A stretch of 64,000 nt of DNA from Bacteroidota bacterium (GCA_947464275.1 CANHVU010000008.1:17082-81081), one strand, 5' to 3'; shown: positions 27,129 through 38,252, counted from the first letter of the stretch. Notes: generated by a model not told the origin, from the letters alone. Numbers and translations: made by a program.

Positions 27129-27809
27129 ATGAGTTTGTATGCTTGGTTAATGCTGGTATCCTTTGTTGGTCCTTTTGCATTAAGTTTCGATAAAAAAGTA
27201 GCTTTTTACAAATGGTTTAAACCACTTTTTATTGGTATTGCCTTAAATGCTTTACTCTTTATTTTGTGGGATGGTTGGTTTACTCGAGCAGGTGTTTGGG
27301 GCTTTAATAATCAATATGTTTGGCATTACCGTTTTAACGATTTACCTATTGAAGAATGGAGTTTTTTTGTAGTAGTTCCATTTGCTAGTGTGTTTATTTA
27401 TGCTTGCTTAAAAGCTTATTTTTCCGATAACTTTTTTAAGCCATTGGTAACTTATATAAATTATTTTTTTATAGTAATTTTAGCAGTGACTTGCATTGTA
27501 TTTTATTATAAAACTTACACTTTGGTAAATTGTTCCTTGGCCTTAATATTATTGCTTTGGCATCAGTTATATTTAAAGAAGCCATATATGGGTTATTTTT
27601 GGTTGGCATACTTAGTGCACTTAATTCCTTTTTTAGTGGTAAATGGCGTGCTAACTGGAGCTGTAACGCCTGAACCTGTTGTGTTTTATAATACTAACGA
27701 AATTATTGGTTTACGCATAATTACCATTCCGATTGAAGATACCATTTATGCCTTAACATGCTTGTTAATTCCAATAACAGTTATGGAATATTTATTGAAT
27801 AGAAAATAA
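27129..27809 (+). CDS. Lycopene cyclase (fused CrtYcd type)
   Basis: Two repeats with PIEE and PIED motifs; hydrophobic. Confidence 0.85.
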   Translation: MSLYAWLMLVSFVGPFALSFDKKVAFYKWFKPLFIGIALNALLFILWDGWFTRAGVWGFNNQYVWHYRFNDLPIEEWSFFVVVPFASVFIYACLKAYFSDNFFKPLVTYINYFFIVILAVTCIVFYYKTYTLVNCSLALILLLWHQLYLKKPYMGYFWLAYLVHLIPFLVVNGVLTGAVTPEPVVFYNTNEIIGLRIITIPIEDTIYALTCLLIPITVMEYLLNRK

Positions 27810-27823
27810 GTCTAAAAAACAGT

Positions 27824-28240
27824 CTAATTATTTGAATACAAAATAGATTCTAATTTTTCTTGTTTTAATGGTTTATTTAAAAAGCCTTTTACGACCTTAT
27901 ACTTTTTCGCCTTCTCGTTGTCGCTTTTGTCAATGGAAGATGTAAGCATGTAAATTGGAATATTGATTTCTCTAGCACCTACTTCTTCAATAAAATCCCA
28001 ACCATCCATTAGTGGCATATTTATATCTAACAAAATCACATCAGGTATTATTTTATTAACCATCAAATCGTTTAACGCAATTTCTGCACTTGAATAGCTA
28101 AATATTTCAATCGTTTTATCAATAGAATGAATAATTCTTACATTTAACCAATGCTGCATATCGTCATCATCAATTAAACAAATTTTTTTAAAATTTAATT
28201 TGTGTTGTAAAATATTTTCCGAATTTATATTATCTATCAT
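27824..28240 (-). CDS. Single-domain response regulator
   Basis: IDDD, LLDINMPLMDGWDF, LTSS, KPL. Confidence 0.92.
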   Translation of the reverse strand: MIDNINSENILQHKLNFKKICLIDDDDMQHWLNVRIIHSIDKTIEIFSYSSAEIALNDLMVNKIIPDVILLDINMPLMDGWDFIEEVGAREINIPIYMLTSSIDKSDNEKAKKYKVVKGFLNKPLKQEKLESILYSNN

Positions 28241-28380
28241 TTATCTCCCATTTTGAGCCAAAATTCCCATAAAAAACCGCTATTACGAAATAGAATATAA
28301 CCTCAAGCCCTATAAACACTGCTTTCACTTAAATTTACTGTTCTTTTTCAAATTAATAACTGCTAGAATCAGGCCAAAAA

Positions 28381-28412
28381 AAATCCTAGTTAAACAAGTT
28401 CAACTAGGATTT
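28381..28412 (-). terminator. Intrinsic terminator
   Basis: AAATCCTAGTT..AACTAGGATTT with a poly-A flank, downstream of the PhaE-like gene. Confidence 0.75.
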
Positions 28413-28436
28413 GTGCAAAAATTTTAAAATATAGAA

Positions 28437-29756
28437 CTAAGCGTTCTTAGTAGTTTTTTTAGCTGCTGCTTTTGGAGCTTCGTCATTTACTTCAATTGAA
28501 GCTACACTACTCTTTTCTTTTTCAAGGGTGTTTATACGTTTTTTCAATTCTTGAATTGTTTTGTATAATTCATCCATTTCACTGCGATTAATAATTGGAA
28601 ATTTCTCTAATGATTTTTCCATTTGTTTTTCAATTTTTCCTTTAAGGTTTAATTGCAAAGCACTTACTTCACTCATCAATTTTGAATATTCAGGAGTTTC
28701 AAATAATTGAACAAAATGCTTATCATTAGTATTTAACCAATTTTTATAAACATCAGCAAATTCCTTTACATCTTCACCATTTCTAATCTTAGCATACATA
28801 TTTTCGGCCATATCATCCATTGCCTTCATGCCTGTTGTGTACATCATGTATTGCATTTGATTATTTTTAGTATTGTATTCAGTCATCATTTCCACTAATT
28901 CTTTCATAGTTTCCATGCTTGCCATATTTGAATTAGTACCAAATAATTTGGTTAATGGAGCCATTGAAGTTTGCATTTGAGTGTACATTTGATTGTAATT
29001 ACTCATCATTCCATCCATTATTGGATTTGAGTTAAACATATTACCCATGTTATTTTTCATGTTATCGTAATTTGTTTTACCATTATCCATCATTTTATAC
29101 ATATTATCCTTCATGCTTGCCATCATGGTATTATCCATAAAGTTTTTCATCATATCAGGATTCATGTTAAACATTTTATCCATCATGTCTTTATATGCTT
29201 CTGTATTGAACATACTTTTAAACATTTCAGGAGTAAAAGTTTTATCGTTTAAACTTTTCATCATTGGCATAAAAAACTGGAAGGTTTTCATGTACATTTC
29301 TGAATTATTAAACATATCAGAAAAATTATTCTTAGTTTCACCATTATTGAAATTTTTCATCATTTCATTATAGCTATCAGTCATTGTACTTTTCCAAGAG
29401 TTGAATACATTCATCATGCTATCCATATTCATGTTTTTCATATCAAAACTATTATTCATGTTTGGCATCATATTTTTACTCATGTCCATCCATTGTTTTG
29501 CCATTTCATTTTGTTTATTCATGTAGTTTGTAAAAAACTCCATTCCATTATGCATGTTATTATTTTCGCTACCAACTTGATTAAACCAATTCATTTGGCC
29601 ATCATACCATTTTTTAAAGTTTTCAGAATCCATATTAATATTGGTTCCATTTGCCATTGATTGTTGCATAGTCTTAGCAGCATTTGTCATAGTTTCCATA
29701 GCTTGTTTTTGCATATCAGCCATAGTTTCAAACATGTTTTTTGTGTTGTTTTCCAT
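28437..29756 (-). CDS. PhaE-like protein (class III PHA synthase subunit), extremely Met/Asn-rich
   Basis: C-terminal YKNW...LFETPEYSKL...PIINRSEMDELYKTIQELKKRI matches PhaE. ATG at 29756 is preferred over TTG at 29795; a TAnnTTTG element lies at about 29817-29824. Confidence 0.7.
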   Translation of the reverse strand: MENNTKNMFETMADMQKQAMETMTNAAKTMQQSMANGTNINMDSENFKKWYDGQMNWFNQVGSENNNMHNGMEFFTNYMNKQNEMAKQWMDMSKNMMPNMNNSFDMKNMNMDSMMNVFNSWKSTMTDSYNEMMKNFNNGETKNNFSDMFNNSEMYMKTFQFFMPMMKSLNDKTFTPEMFKSMFNTEAYKDMMDKMFNMNPDMMKNFMDNTMMASMKDNMYKMMDNGKTNYDNMKNNMGNMFNSNPIMDGMMSNYNQMYTQMQTSMAPLTKLFGTNSNMASMETMKELVEMMTEYNTKNNQMQYMMYTTGMKAMDDMAENMYAKIRNGEDVKEFADVYKNWLNTNDKHFVQLFETPEYSKLMSEVSALQLNLKGKIEKQMEKSLEKFPIINRSEMDELYKTIQELKKRINTLEKEKSSVASIEVNDEAPKAAAKKTTKNA

Positions 29757-29995
29757 AATTGTAGTTTTTATACTTTTTGGTTTGATTTTGAACAAATTAG
29801 TGTCTCAAATCGGGCGCAAAAGTAAGTATTATTAAAAATAAGTCAATTAATATGTTTACTTCCTAAATTTAAATTAAAGGCAATCGCTTTACAGTGGCTT
29901 CAATTCATGGTACTTGATTTTTGTCATGCTAACTTATTGATAATATTGAGGCTGCGTGCCTTTTAATAATATTTACATGTAATTGGCATAACAAA

Positions 29996-30025
29996 AAAAG
30001 CCTGTTTTGAATAAAACAGGCTTTT
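29996..30025 (-). terminator. Intrinsic terminator
   Basis: AAAAGCCTGTTTT-gaat-AAAACAGGCTTTT. Confidence 0.8.
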
Positions 30026-30045
30026 AATAATATTATATTTATATA

Positions 30046-30795
30046 TTACTTATTTATACTATTTTCTATAGCCTTTAATAAATCGGCTTTGGCAATTAAA
30101 CCAATATTGGTGTAAACACGTTTACCATTTTTATAAAGAATAAGAGTTGGTAATTCTTCTACATTTAAATTTTTTACTATTTCTTGGCTTTCGTCAGCAT
30201 TTACTTTTATAAATGTTAACTTATCTTTTTTCTCTTCGGCTATGTCGGCCAAGTACGGTGCCATTTTTTTGCAAGGTCCACACCAAGGTGCATATACATC
30301 AACCAAAACCAACTGATTATCGGCAATTTGTTTATTTAAGTCGGCTAATGATAAGCCAGTAGTTGCAGGTTTTACTGGTTCATTTCCAGTAACCGAAATT
30401 GGTTTTGCAGCATTGCGCCAAGCATTCATACCTCCTTTTAAATCATATACTTGGGTAAATCCCATTTCTTTTAATTTATTAGCAGCACTTGCACTTCGTC
30501 CACCAGCTAAACAATATACATATACCGATTTGGTTTTATCTAATTTGGCAGCTTCAGCAGTAAAGTTTTCGCCATTCCAATCAATATTTTTTGCAGTTCC
30601 AATAAAACCTTCGGCATATTCTCCCGGAGTTCTTACATCAATTAATTGAATATTTTTATCGGCATTAATATTTTGCTCAAATACATTTACATCAAGCCTT
30701 CCGCCAGCTCCACTGGCATTATTTTGACAAGATGATATATTGATAACAAAAAATAACGCAATAACCGCTGTGGTAAAAAATTTAATAATTTTCAT
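30046..30795 (-). CDS. Rhodanese-thioredoxin fusion lipoprotein
   Basis: ISSC lipobox, IDVRTPGEY, YCLAGGRS, WCGPCK. Confidence 0.9.
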   Translation of the reverse strand: MKIIKFFTTAVIALFFVINISSCQNNASGAGGRLDVNVFEQNINADKNIQLIDVRTPGEYAEGFIGTAKNIDWNGENFTAEAAKLDKTKSVYVYCLAGGRSASAANKLKEMGFTQVYDLKGGMNAWRNAAKPISVTGNEPVKPATTGLSLADLNKQIADNQLVLVDVYAPWCGPCKKMAPYLADIAEEKKDKLTFIKVNADESQEIVKNLNVEELPTLILYKNGKRVYTNIGLIAKADLLKAIENSINK

Positions 30796-30797
30796 TT

Positions 30798-32213
30798 TTA
30801 TAATAAAGTTAAAGGCGCAATATAATTGGTTTGGGGAACACTTGTTTTTGAAATTTCGCCAAATCCCCCTAAAACATCTACAAAATTATTCCAACCTCTT
30901 TGTTTTAAAATAGATGCAGCCACCATACTTCTATAACCACCAGCACAATGTAAAATAAATGGCTTCTCTTTAGGAAACTCAGCCAAATGGTTGTTAATTT
31001 TTGCTAATGGAATATTTAAGGCCCCAATTACATGGCTTGATTCAAACTCGCTTGCTTTTCTGACATCAATTACCAAAGTATCTTTTGTTTTATAAACTTG
31101 CTCAAATTCTTGTGATGTAATTCGGTTTATTACGTCAAATTCATGACCGCTATTTTTCCAAATATTAAATCCACCATCTAAAAAACCGATAGTTTTATCA
31201 TAACCAACTCGCGCTAACCTAATAATAGTTTCTTCTTCGCGGCCTTTATCAGTTACAATAATAATTTTTTGGTTTATATCGCTTATCAAATCTCCAACCC
31301 ACATAGCAAAGTTGCTGTCTAAGCCAATATTTATACTCAAAGGCACACTTCCCTCGCTGTAATCATTTGCGTTTCGTGTATCTAGAACCAGTACATCATC
31401 TTGTTTTGACAATAATTCAAAAGCCGAAATTGTTAGTGGCTGCATACCTCGTTTTATTATTTCGTCAATACTTTCGTAACCATTAATGTTTAATAATACA
31501 TTTTTAGGAAAATAAGCCGGTGGAGTGGTTAAACCAGTTAAAACTTCTTTTATAAACTCTTGCTTGCTCATATTAGGCCTTAGTGCATAGTTAAATTTCT
31601 TTTGATTCCTCAAGGTGTCAACAGTTTCTTTACTCATCATTTTGCCACAAGCACTACCAGCACCATGGTTTGGATAAATTACCAAATCATCGCTCAATGG
31701 CATAATTTTATTCCTTAAAGAATCGTATAAATGACCCGCTAAAATTTCCTCGGTTAAATCAGCTATTACATGTTGTGCTAAATCTGGCCTGCCTACATCG
31801 CCTATAAATAAAGTATCGCCAGTTATTAAACCTTTTTCTTGATTATTTTCGTCAATCAATAAATAACAAGTACTTTCTAAAGTATGTCCAGGAGTATGAA
31901 TTACTTTTATTTTACACCCCCCTACATTAAACACTTGATTATCTAAAGCTACAATGGCACCAAAATTAGGTTTTGCAGTTGGGCCGTATACAATCAAAGC
32001 ATTGGCTTTTTTAGCTAAATCAATATGCCCCGATACAAAATCAGCATGAAAATGTGTTTCGAAAATATATTTTATTTTGGCGTTATCGTGTTTGGCTTTT
32101 TCCAGATAAGGAGCCACCTCACGTAATGGATCAAAAATAGCTGCTTCTCCGTTACTTTCAATATAATAAGCTGCATGAGCCAAACATCCTGTGTATATTT
32201 GATTAATAATCAT
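30798..32213 (-). CDS. MBL-fold persulfide dioxygenase with two rhodanese domains (CstB/Blh-like)
   Basis: ETHFHADF, TPGHT, GDTLFIGDVGRPDL, HGAGSACG, HCAGGYRS. Confidence 0.9.
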   Translation of the reverse strand: MIINQIYTGCLAHAAYYIESNGEAAIFDPLREVAPYLEKAKHDNAKIKYIFETHFHADFVSGHIDLAKKANALIVYGPTAKPNFGAIVALDNQVFNVGGCKIKVIHTPGHTLESTCYLLIDENNQEKGLITGDTLFIGDVGRPDLAQHVIADLTEEILAGHLYDSLRNKIMPLSDDLVIYPNHGAGSACGKMMSKETVDTLRNQKKFNYALRPNMSKQEFIKEVLTGLTTPPAYFPKNVLLNINGYESIDEIIKRGMQPLTISAFELLSKQDDVLVLDTRNANDYSEGSVPLSINIGLDSNFAMWVGDLISDINQKIIIVTDKGREEETIIRLARVGYDKTIGFLDGGFNIWKNSGHEFDVINRITSQEFEQVYKTKDTLVIDVRKASEFESSHVIGALNIPLAKINNHLAEFPKEKPFILHCAGGYRSMVAASILKQRGWNNFVDVLGGFGEISKTSVPQTNYIAPLTLL

Positions 32214-32265
32214 TTTATATAAATATTTGTTTACACAAATTTTAACTCAAATAATTGGATAACAA

Positions 32266-32279
32266 TTGACTAGAATCAA
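32266..32279. promoter_or_regulatory. FNR/CRP-like box
   Basis: TTGAC-TAGA-ATCAA, one mismatch from TTGAT-N4-ATCAA, about 50 bp upstream of the sulfur gene start. Confidence 0.4.
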
Positions 32280-32310
32280 GTATTTTAATAAATTATGCTA
32301 TCAAAAAAAC

Positions 32311-34050
32311 TTATTTACCTGTAAACTGAATATAAAAGGTGGTGCCCACTCCTACTTCACTTTCTACATGTATTTTGCCACCTGTTTTATTCAAAAAATC
32401 TTTGCAAAGCAATAAACCCAAGCCTGTTCCTTTTTCTTTATCGGTGCCAAGCGTAGTAAAAGTTTCAGTACCAAATAGTTTTTTTACTTTATCAGCACTC
32501 ATACCTATGCCTGTATCTTTAAAAACAACTGTTTCTTCGCCATTAATTTCTTGCGTTGAAAGCATAATTGAATCGCCCGATTTACAAAACTTAATAGCAT
32601 TTGAAAACAAATTCCTAAATACTAATTGCACAGTATTTCTATCAGCATTTAATAAATAATCGCTTGCTATATTATTATTTATTTGTATGTTTTTTTCAAG
32701 TGATAATTTGTTAAAAAAAGTTATTTCAGCATCAACCAAATCCTTTAATAATATTGGTTCTATTACAACCTTCACTGCATCAATTTGGCTTTTTGACCAA
32801 TTAAGTAAATTTTCTAATAACGATGAAGTGTAATCTACGTTTTCAGTTAATTTAGGTAAATACTGCTTAAACTCCTCATGTGAAATATCGTCATCACTTA
32901 CAATTCGAAGCATGCTAACTAAACTAGCAAAAGGAGCTTTTAGATCGTGTGCAATTATTGAAAACAATTTATCCTTTAACCTATTAAGTTCTTCTAGTTC
33001 TTTAGTTTGTTTTTCTAACTTTTCTTTAGCTAGCTCACTTTCTGAAATATCTCTAAATATTAATAAATTACCTTTGTAAACACCTTTCATTGGGTTTATT
33101 TCATTTACAGTAATATCAAAAATTTTATTATGTGTATTTATTGTAAAATGGTTTCCGTTTGCTATTTGTAAATGATCCGTTAATAAAGGTTTATCATCAA
33201 TTATTCCAAGTAAATTTTTACCAATAATTTCATAATGAGTTGCGTTCAAAAATTTCAAAACAACTGAATTTACATCCAAAATTCTATACTGCGAATCTAT
33301 AATAATTACCCCCTCACTCATATTTTCAATAACTTTTTCCCTAGCTATTGGAATTAAATTAAACAAACTATACCTTAATAGAGAAAAGGCAATTGTAGAG
33401 GAAGTAATGATGAAAGCATAGGGAGTTAAATCAATGTGCCCGAAAGGTCTAAAACCAACTATATAAATCAAATTGGTTATCCATGGAATTAATGCGGCTA
33501 AAATAATTGAGATGTATTGCTTTTTATAAATAAAATAGCCTTTAATAAGCGAATTTATTAATAAATACATGCCGAAAATAAGCATACAGTAAAAGTAAAC
33601 AGTATGAATTATGTAAACAATGCCAGGCGAAAAGGATAGTAATGGAATGCCATCAGAATTATCGATGGTAACAGTTTTATATTGTAATTTATGGTAATTG
33701 TTAGAAATTACAAGTGTGAATTCAATAATTGAAATAAAAAAAATTAGGGAGAGATTGGCTTTAGTTAACCATTCGGCTTTATTTACAAAATGTAAAACAA
33801 ATACAACCCAAATTGCAGGCAAAAAGGCAATACCCAAATATTCAACCTTGATAAAAAATAACATTTGTTCCAAAGTTGAACTAGCTAGTTCAAAAGAATA
33901 AGCTATGCTCCATAATGAAATAAAAAACATTAAGGAAGCAAACCACTTAACAATTTCGCCATTACGTTGAAAAAGGATAACTGCTAAAAATAAATTAGCA
34001 CTTCCAATTATTAATAACACTAATGCAAAAACATTGAAGTCAAAACTCAT
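32311..34050 (-). CDS. Sensor histidine kinase (HisKA_7TM-PAS-HisKA-HATPase)
   Basis: Seven TM helices at the N-terminus, IIAHDLKAP, NLFSNAIKF, DTGIG, GTGLGL. Confidence 0.93.
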   Translation of the reverse strand: MSFDFNVFALVLLIIGSANLFLAVILFQRNGEIVKWFASLMFFISLWSIAYSFELASSTLEQMLFFIKVEYLGIAFLPAIWVVFVLHFVNKAEWLTKANLSLIFFISIIEFTLVISNNYHKLQYKTVTIDNSDGIPLLSFSPGIVYIIHTVYFYCMLIFGMYLLINSLIKGYFIYKKQYISIILAALIPWITNLIYIVGFRPFGHIDLTPYAFIITSSTIAFSLLRYSLFNLIPIAREKVIENMSEGVIIIDSQYRILDVNSVVLKFLNATHYEIIGKNLLGIIDDKPLLTDHLQIANGNHFTINTHNKIFDITVNEINPMKGVYKGNLLIFRDISESELAKEKLEKQTKELEELNRLKDKLFSIIAHDLKAPFASLVSMLRIVSDDDISHEEFKQYLPKLTENVDYTSSLLENLLNWSKSQIDAVKVVIEPILLKDLVDAEITFFNKLSLEKNIQINNNIASDYLLNADRNTVQLVFRNLFSNAIKFCKSGDSIMLSTQEINGEETVVFKDTGIGMSADKVKKLFGTETFTTLGTDKEKGTGLGLLLCKDFLNKTGGKIHVESEVGVGTTFYIQFTGK

Positions 34051-34087
34051 TGGATAGGTATCTATTAAATAATAATAATAATTAATA

Positions 34088-35194
34088 TTATTTATTTTGC
34101 TTGCCTAGTAACTCTTCTATTTCTTGTTCAATTTCATTCGCGTCTGCATCAATATCAGTAATCAAATGCCTGTGGATATAAACAGGTAATTGACCTAATA
34201 TTATGGCCATACCAACAATTACAGAAGCTAACACCATAATATTTGTATTTCGTAATAATACTGCTACAAAAATAAAAAGTACATTAGTTACATAAAGCGT
34301 TAAACAAACTTGATTATGTGTCAATCCAATCTTTATGAGCCAATGATGTAAATGGTTTCTATCTGCTTTGAAAGGAGATTGCTTGTTCACTATTCTTAAA
34401 ATAAAAACTCTTAATGTATCGTACAAAGGAATTATTAAAACTGCAATTGCTATAATTGGTGCTGTGGTTAAAGACAATCCATCTGTTCTAACAATATTTC
34501 CAAACTCAATGAATTTTAAAGTAAAAATAGAAATCAAAAAGCCAATTGTCAATGATCCGGCATCACCCATAAAAATTTTAGCGGGAGCGTAATTAAAAAA
34601 CAAAAAACCTAAAAGAGAACCACTTAAAGCAAAACTAATTGTAGCCCAACCAAATTCACCAATAAGATAAAACCACGCAGCGAAAGCTAACGAAATAATC
34701 AAACCTAGTCCACCTGCAAGTCCATCAACTCCATCAATTAAATTAAAAGCATTAGTAATTACAATAAGTGTAAAAATACTTATTGGTATACTTAAATAAA
34801 TGGAAATATCATTAATACCAAATAAACCCTGAAAACTCGTAATTCTAATTCCTTCTGCCATACATACTAAACTTGCAGAAAAAATTTGCATTACCAATTT
34901 GTTGATAGGCGATATTACGATAATATCATCCTTTAATCCTGAAAAAAAAAGCACTATTAATCCTGCAGTTAAATATTGTAAACGGGGAACATTCGAATCA
35001 GCCCACAAACATACAGAAATTGCAAAAGCTGCAAAAATAGCTAATCCTCCTAACCTTGGAATTTTACTTGTATGTAATTTCCTGTCATTATGTGAGTCAT
35101 ACAAACCCTTGAGTTTAGCAATTGTTATAATTGAAGGAATTCCAAAAAGGACAATTATAAATGAGGTAATAAATAAAAGTGTAGTATTTAACAT
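34088..35194 (-). CDS. MraY/WecA family polyprenyl-phosphate sugar-1-phosphate transferase
   Basis: PRLGG, GLKDD, NAFNLIDGVDGL, IFMGDAGS, HLHH. ATG at 35194 is preferred over TTG at 35248. Confidence 0.92.
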   Translation of the reverse strand: MLNTTLLFITSFIIVLFGIPSIITIAKLKGLYDSHNDRKLHTSKIPRLGGLAIFAAFAISVCLWADSNVPRLQYLTAGLIVLFFSGLKDDIIVISPINKLVMQIFSASLVCMAEGIRITSFQGLFGINDISIYLSIPISIFTLIVITNAFNLIDGVDGLAGGLGLIISLAFAAWFYLIGEFGWATISFALSGSLLGFLFFNYAPAKIFMGDAGSLTIGFLISIFTLKFIEFGNIVRTDGLSLTTAPIIAIAVLIIPLYDTLRVFILRIVNKQSPFKADRNHLHHWLIKIGLTHNQVCLTLYVTNVLFIFVAVLLRNTNIMVLASVIVGMAIILGQLPVYIHRHLITDIDADANEIEQEIEELLGKQNK

Positions 35195-35251
35195 AATAAA
35201 TGAAACACAAAGAATGACAAAAGAAATGATAAAAAGAAATTTAAACAAAAA

Positions 35252-35283
35252 AAACTCCGAAAATCAATAGATAATCGGAGTTT
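35252..35283 (-). terminator. Terminator of the alpha operon
   Basis: AAACTCCGA..TCGGAGTTT with a poly-A flank after rplQ. Confidence 0.7.
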
Positions 35284-35300
35284 CTAATAAATTTATTAAA

Positions 35301-35771
35301 TTACTCAGCAGTTTCTGTAGCAACCTCAGTAGTTACTTCATCCTTCTTAGGAGCTCTTCCACGTCTAGTTTTCTTAGCAGTAGATTTAGCTGCTTTCATT
35401 GAAAGCATAGCCTCATTAAAGTCTACTAATTCAATAATTGCCATTTCAGCATTATCACCTTGACGGTTCATCAACTTTAAAATTCTTAAATATCCACCTG
35501 GTCTATCTGCTACCTTAGCAGCTACAGGTCCAAATAATTCTTTAACTGCTTCTGCTTGCTTTAAATAAGAAAAAACAGTTCTTCGGCTATGTGTAGAGTC
35601 TGTCTTTGATTTGGTAATTAAAGGCTCAGCAAATAATCTTAGCGCTTTAGCCTTCGCTAAAGTAGTTGTAATTCTTTTATGCAAAATCAATGATGAAGCC
35701 ATATTGGCTAACATTGCTTTTCTGTGAGGTGCAGTTCTACCTAAATGATTAAGTTTGTTTCCGTGTCTCAT
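35301..35771 (-). CDS. rplQ: 50S ribosomal protein L17
   Basis: MRHG...TTLAKAK...RPGGY; operon order. Confidence 0.98.
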   Translation of the reverse strand: MRHGNKLNHLGRTAPHRKAMLANMASSLILHKRITTTLAKAKALRLFAEPLITKSKTDSTHSRRTVFSYLKQAEAVKELFGPVAAKVADRPGGYLRILKLMNRQGDNAEMAIIELVDFNEAMLSMKAAKSTAKKTRRGRAPKKDEVTTEVATETAE

Positions 35772-35801
35772 TATATTTTTTTTTATATCGTACTAATACG
35801 A

Positions 35802-36794
35802 CTAGTCTTCGTTTAATTTAAATTTAGCAACATCCATTCCAAAGGTTAATCCTTTGTCGCGAACTAACTCTTCTAACTCTGAAAGTGACTTTTTACCGAA
35901 ATTTCTGAATTTTAATAAATCAGCTATATCAAAACTAACCAATTCAGATAATGATTTAATATCGGCTGCTTTTAAACAATTATAAGCACGAACAGATAAA
36001 TCTAAATCAGATAAAGGAGTTTTAAGAATTTTGCGAACATGTAGTAAATTCTCATCTACTTCCTGAGGAACTTCTTTTACTTGAGTATCCAAAGTAATTA
36101 GTTCATCACTAAATAACATAAAGTGTTGAATTAAAATTTTTGCAGCTTCTTTTAAAGCCTCTTCAGGATGAATTGAGCCATCAGTACTGATTTCAATATT
36201 TAACTTTTCGTAATCAGTTTTTTGTTCAACACGGTAGTCCTCAACTAAAAATTTAACATTAATAATTGGAGTAAAAACAGCATCTATTGGAATTACACCA
36301 ACAATAGAGTCCTTAGTACGGTTCTCATCAGCAGGCAAATATCCACGACCTTTTTCTACAACAAGTTCAACTTCTAAATGAACAAAACTTTCCATATTAC
36401 AAATTACCAACTCAGGGTTAAGTATCTTGTAAGCGTTAGTATGCTTTGCAATATCGCCAGCAGTAAATTGCTCTTGACCTTTAATATTAATATAAATTTT
36501 TTCGTTATCAACCCCATCCATGGTACGTTTGAAACGTACACGTTTTAGATTAAGAACTATTTCAGTTACATCTTCAATAACACCCTTAACTGTTGAAAAC
36601 TCATGATCTACACCAGTTATTTTTACGGAAGTAATTGCGTAACCTTCAAGTGAAGACAATAAAATTCTTCTTAAAGAGTTACCAATAGTAACTCCGTATC
36701 CTTTTTCAAGAGGACGGAATTCGAACTGACCAAAAAAGTCAGTATCTTTATGCATGATAACCTTGTCAGGCTTTTGAAAAGCAAGTATTGCCAT
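35802..36794 (-). CDS. rpoA: RNA polymerase subunit alpha
   Basis: [36 protein letters not shown]. Confidence 0.99.
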   Translation of the reverse strand: MAILAFQKPDKVIMHKDTDFFGQFEFRPLEKGYGVTIGNSLRRILLSSLEGYAITSVKITGVDHEFSTVKGVIEDVTEIVLNLKRVRFKRTMDGVDNEKIYINIKGQEQFTAGDIAKHTNAYKILNPELVICNMESFVHLEVELVVEKGRGYLPADENRTKDSIVGVIPIDAVFTPIINVKFLVEDYRVEQKTDYEKLNIEISTDGSIHPEEALKEAAKILIQHFMLFSDELITLDTQVKEVPQEVDENLLHVRKILKTPLSDLDLSVRAYNCLKAADIKSLSELVSFDIADLLKFRNFGKKSLSELEELVRDKGLTFGMDVAKFKLNED

Positions 36795-36818
36795 TTATAA
36801 TATTCTTTTTTTAAATTA

Positions 36819-37430
36819 TTATTTAGAGTATAACTCTACTATTAATTGTTCTTTGATGTTTTCAGGAACTTGATCACGCTCAGGTAAAGAAAGGAAAGTA
36901 CCAGTAAGTGATGAAGAATCCCATGATAACCAATTAAAACGTTTAACATTAGAATTAGCTAGGCTATTAACTATAACCTCTACTGATTTTGATTTTTCTC
37001 TAACTGCAACAATATCACCTGGTCTTAAAGTATAAGAAGAAATATTAACAACTTTACCATTTACTGTGATATGTCTATGGCCAACCAATTGACGAGCAGC
37101 TGCTCTTGTTGGAGCTAATCCTAAACGATAAACAGTATTATCCAAACGAGCTTCTAAGAATTTAATCAAGTTCTCGCCAGTAACACCTTTACGTCTAACA
37201 GCCTCTTCAAAAATTTTATAAAACTGACGCTCTAAAACGCCATATGTGTATTTTACTTTTTGTTTTTCACCTAACTGAATAGCATACTCAGTTTGTTTTG
37301 TTCTTCTTCTAGCATTACCGTGTTGTCCAGGAGGAACAGTACTACGTTTTTCGTAATATTTGTCGCTTCCAAAAATCGGATCTTTAAAGCGTCTTGCTAT
37401 TTTGGTTTTTGGACCTATATATCTTGCCAT
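36819..37430 (-). CDS. rpsD: 30S ribosomal protein S4
   Basis: [22 protein letters not shown]. Confidence 0.98.
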   Translation of the reverse strand: MARYIGPKTKIARRFKDPIFGSDKYYEKRSTVPPGQHGNARRRTKQTEYAIQLGEKQKVKYTYGVLERQFYKIFEEAVRRKGVTGENLIKFLEARLDNTVYRLGLAPTRAAARQLVGHRHITVNGKVVNISSYTLRPGDIVAVREKSKSVEVIVNSLANSNVKRFNWLSWDSSSLTGTFLSLPERDQVPENIKEQLIVELYSK

Positions 37431-37451
37431 TTTGTATTCTTATTTAAATGA

Positions 37452-37844
37452 TTATACTCTTCTGCTTTTTGGAGGACGACAACCGTTGTGAGGTAGCGGA
37501 GTGATATCTTTAATTGATAATACTTCTAAACCACTAGCTTGTAAAGTACGGATTGCACTTTCTCTTCCACTACCAGGTCCCTTAACAAAAACATCAATTT
37601 TTTTCATACCAGCATCTACAGCAACTTTAGCACATTCTGAAGCAGCTGTTTGTGCGGCATAAGGAGTATTTTTCTTAGAACCTCTAAATCCCATTTTACC
37701 GGCAGAGCCCCAAGATACAACCTGACCAGTTGCATTGGTAATAGAGATAATTATATTATTAAAAGAAGCTTTAATGTGAGCTTGACCATGTGTGTCAATT
37801 ACAACAACTCTTTTTTTACTAACTTTTTTATTATTTGTAGCCAT
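37452..37844 (-). CDS. rpsK: 30S ribosomal protein S11
   Basis: [20 protein letters not shown]. Confidence 0.98.
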   Translation of the reverse strand: MATNNKKVSKKRVVVIDTHGQAHIKASFNNIIISITNATGQVVSWGSAGKMGFRGSKKNTPYAAQTAASECAKVAVDAGMKKIDVFVKGPGSGRESAIRTLQASGLEVLSIKDITPLPHNGCRPPKSRRV

Positions 37845-37865
37845 TATTCTTTTTTATGCTATTTA

Positions 37866-38243
37866 TTATTTAGTAACTTTCTTTTTACCTGCTACCGTTT
37901 TACGTTTACCTTTTCTGGTACGTGAATTGGTTTTAGTTCTTTGACCACGAACAGGTAATCCTTTACGGTGACGAAGACCACGATAGCAACCAATATCTAA
38001 TAAACGTTTAATATTTAATTGTTTTTCCGATCTTAACTCACCTTCAACAGTTACAAAATCAGTGATGTGTTTACGAATAGCACTTAATTCGTCATCACTC
38101 CACTCACTAACCTTTTTATTTACATCAATATTATTAGTATTTAATATTAACGTAGCGGTTGAACGTCCTATTCCGTAAATATAGGTTAAACCTATTTCAC
38201 CTCTTTTATTTTTTGGTAAATCTATACCTGATATACGAGCCAT
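37866..38243 (-). CDS. rpsM: 30S ribosomal protein S13
   Basis: [19 protein letters not shown]. Confidence 0.98.
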   Translation of the reverse strand: MARISGIDLPKNKRGEIGLTYIYGIGRSTATLILNTNNIDVNKKVSEWSDDELSAIRKHITDFVTVEGELRSEKQLNIKRLLDIGCYRGLRHRKGLPVRGQRTKTNSRTRKGKRKTVAGKKKVTK

Positions 38244-38252
38244 ATTATATTA

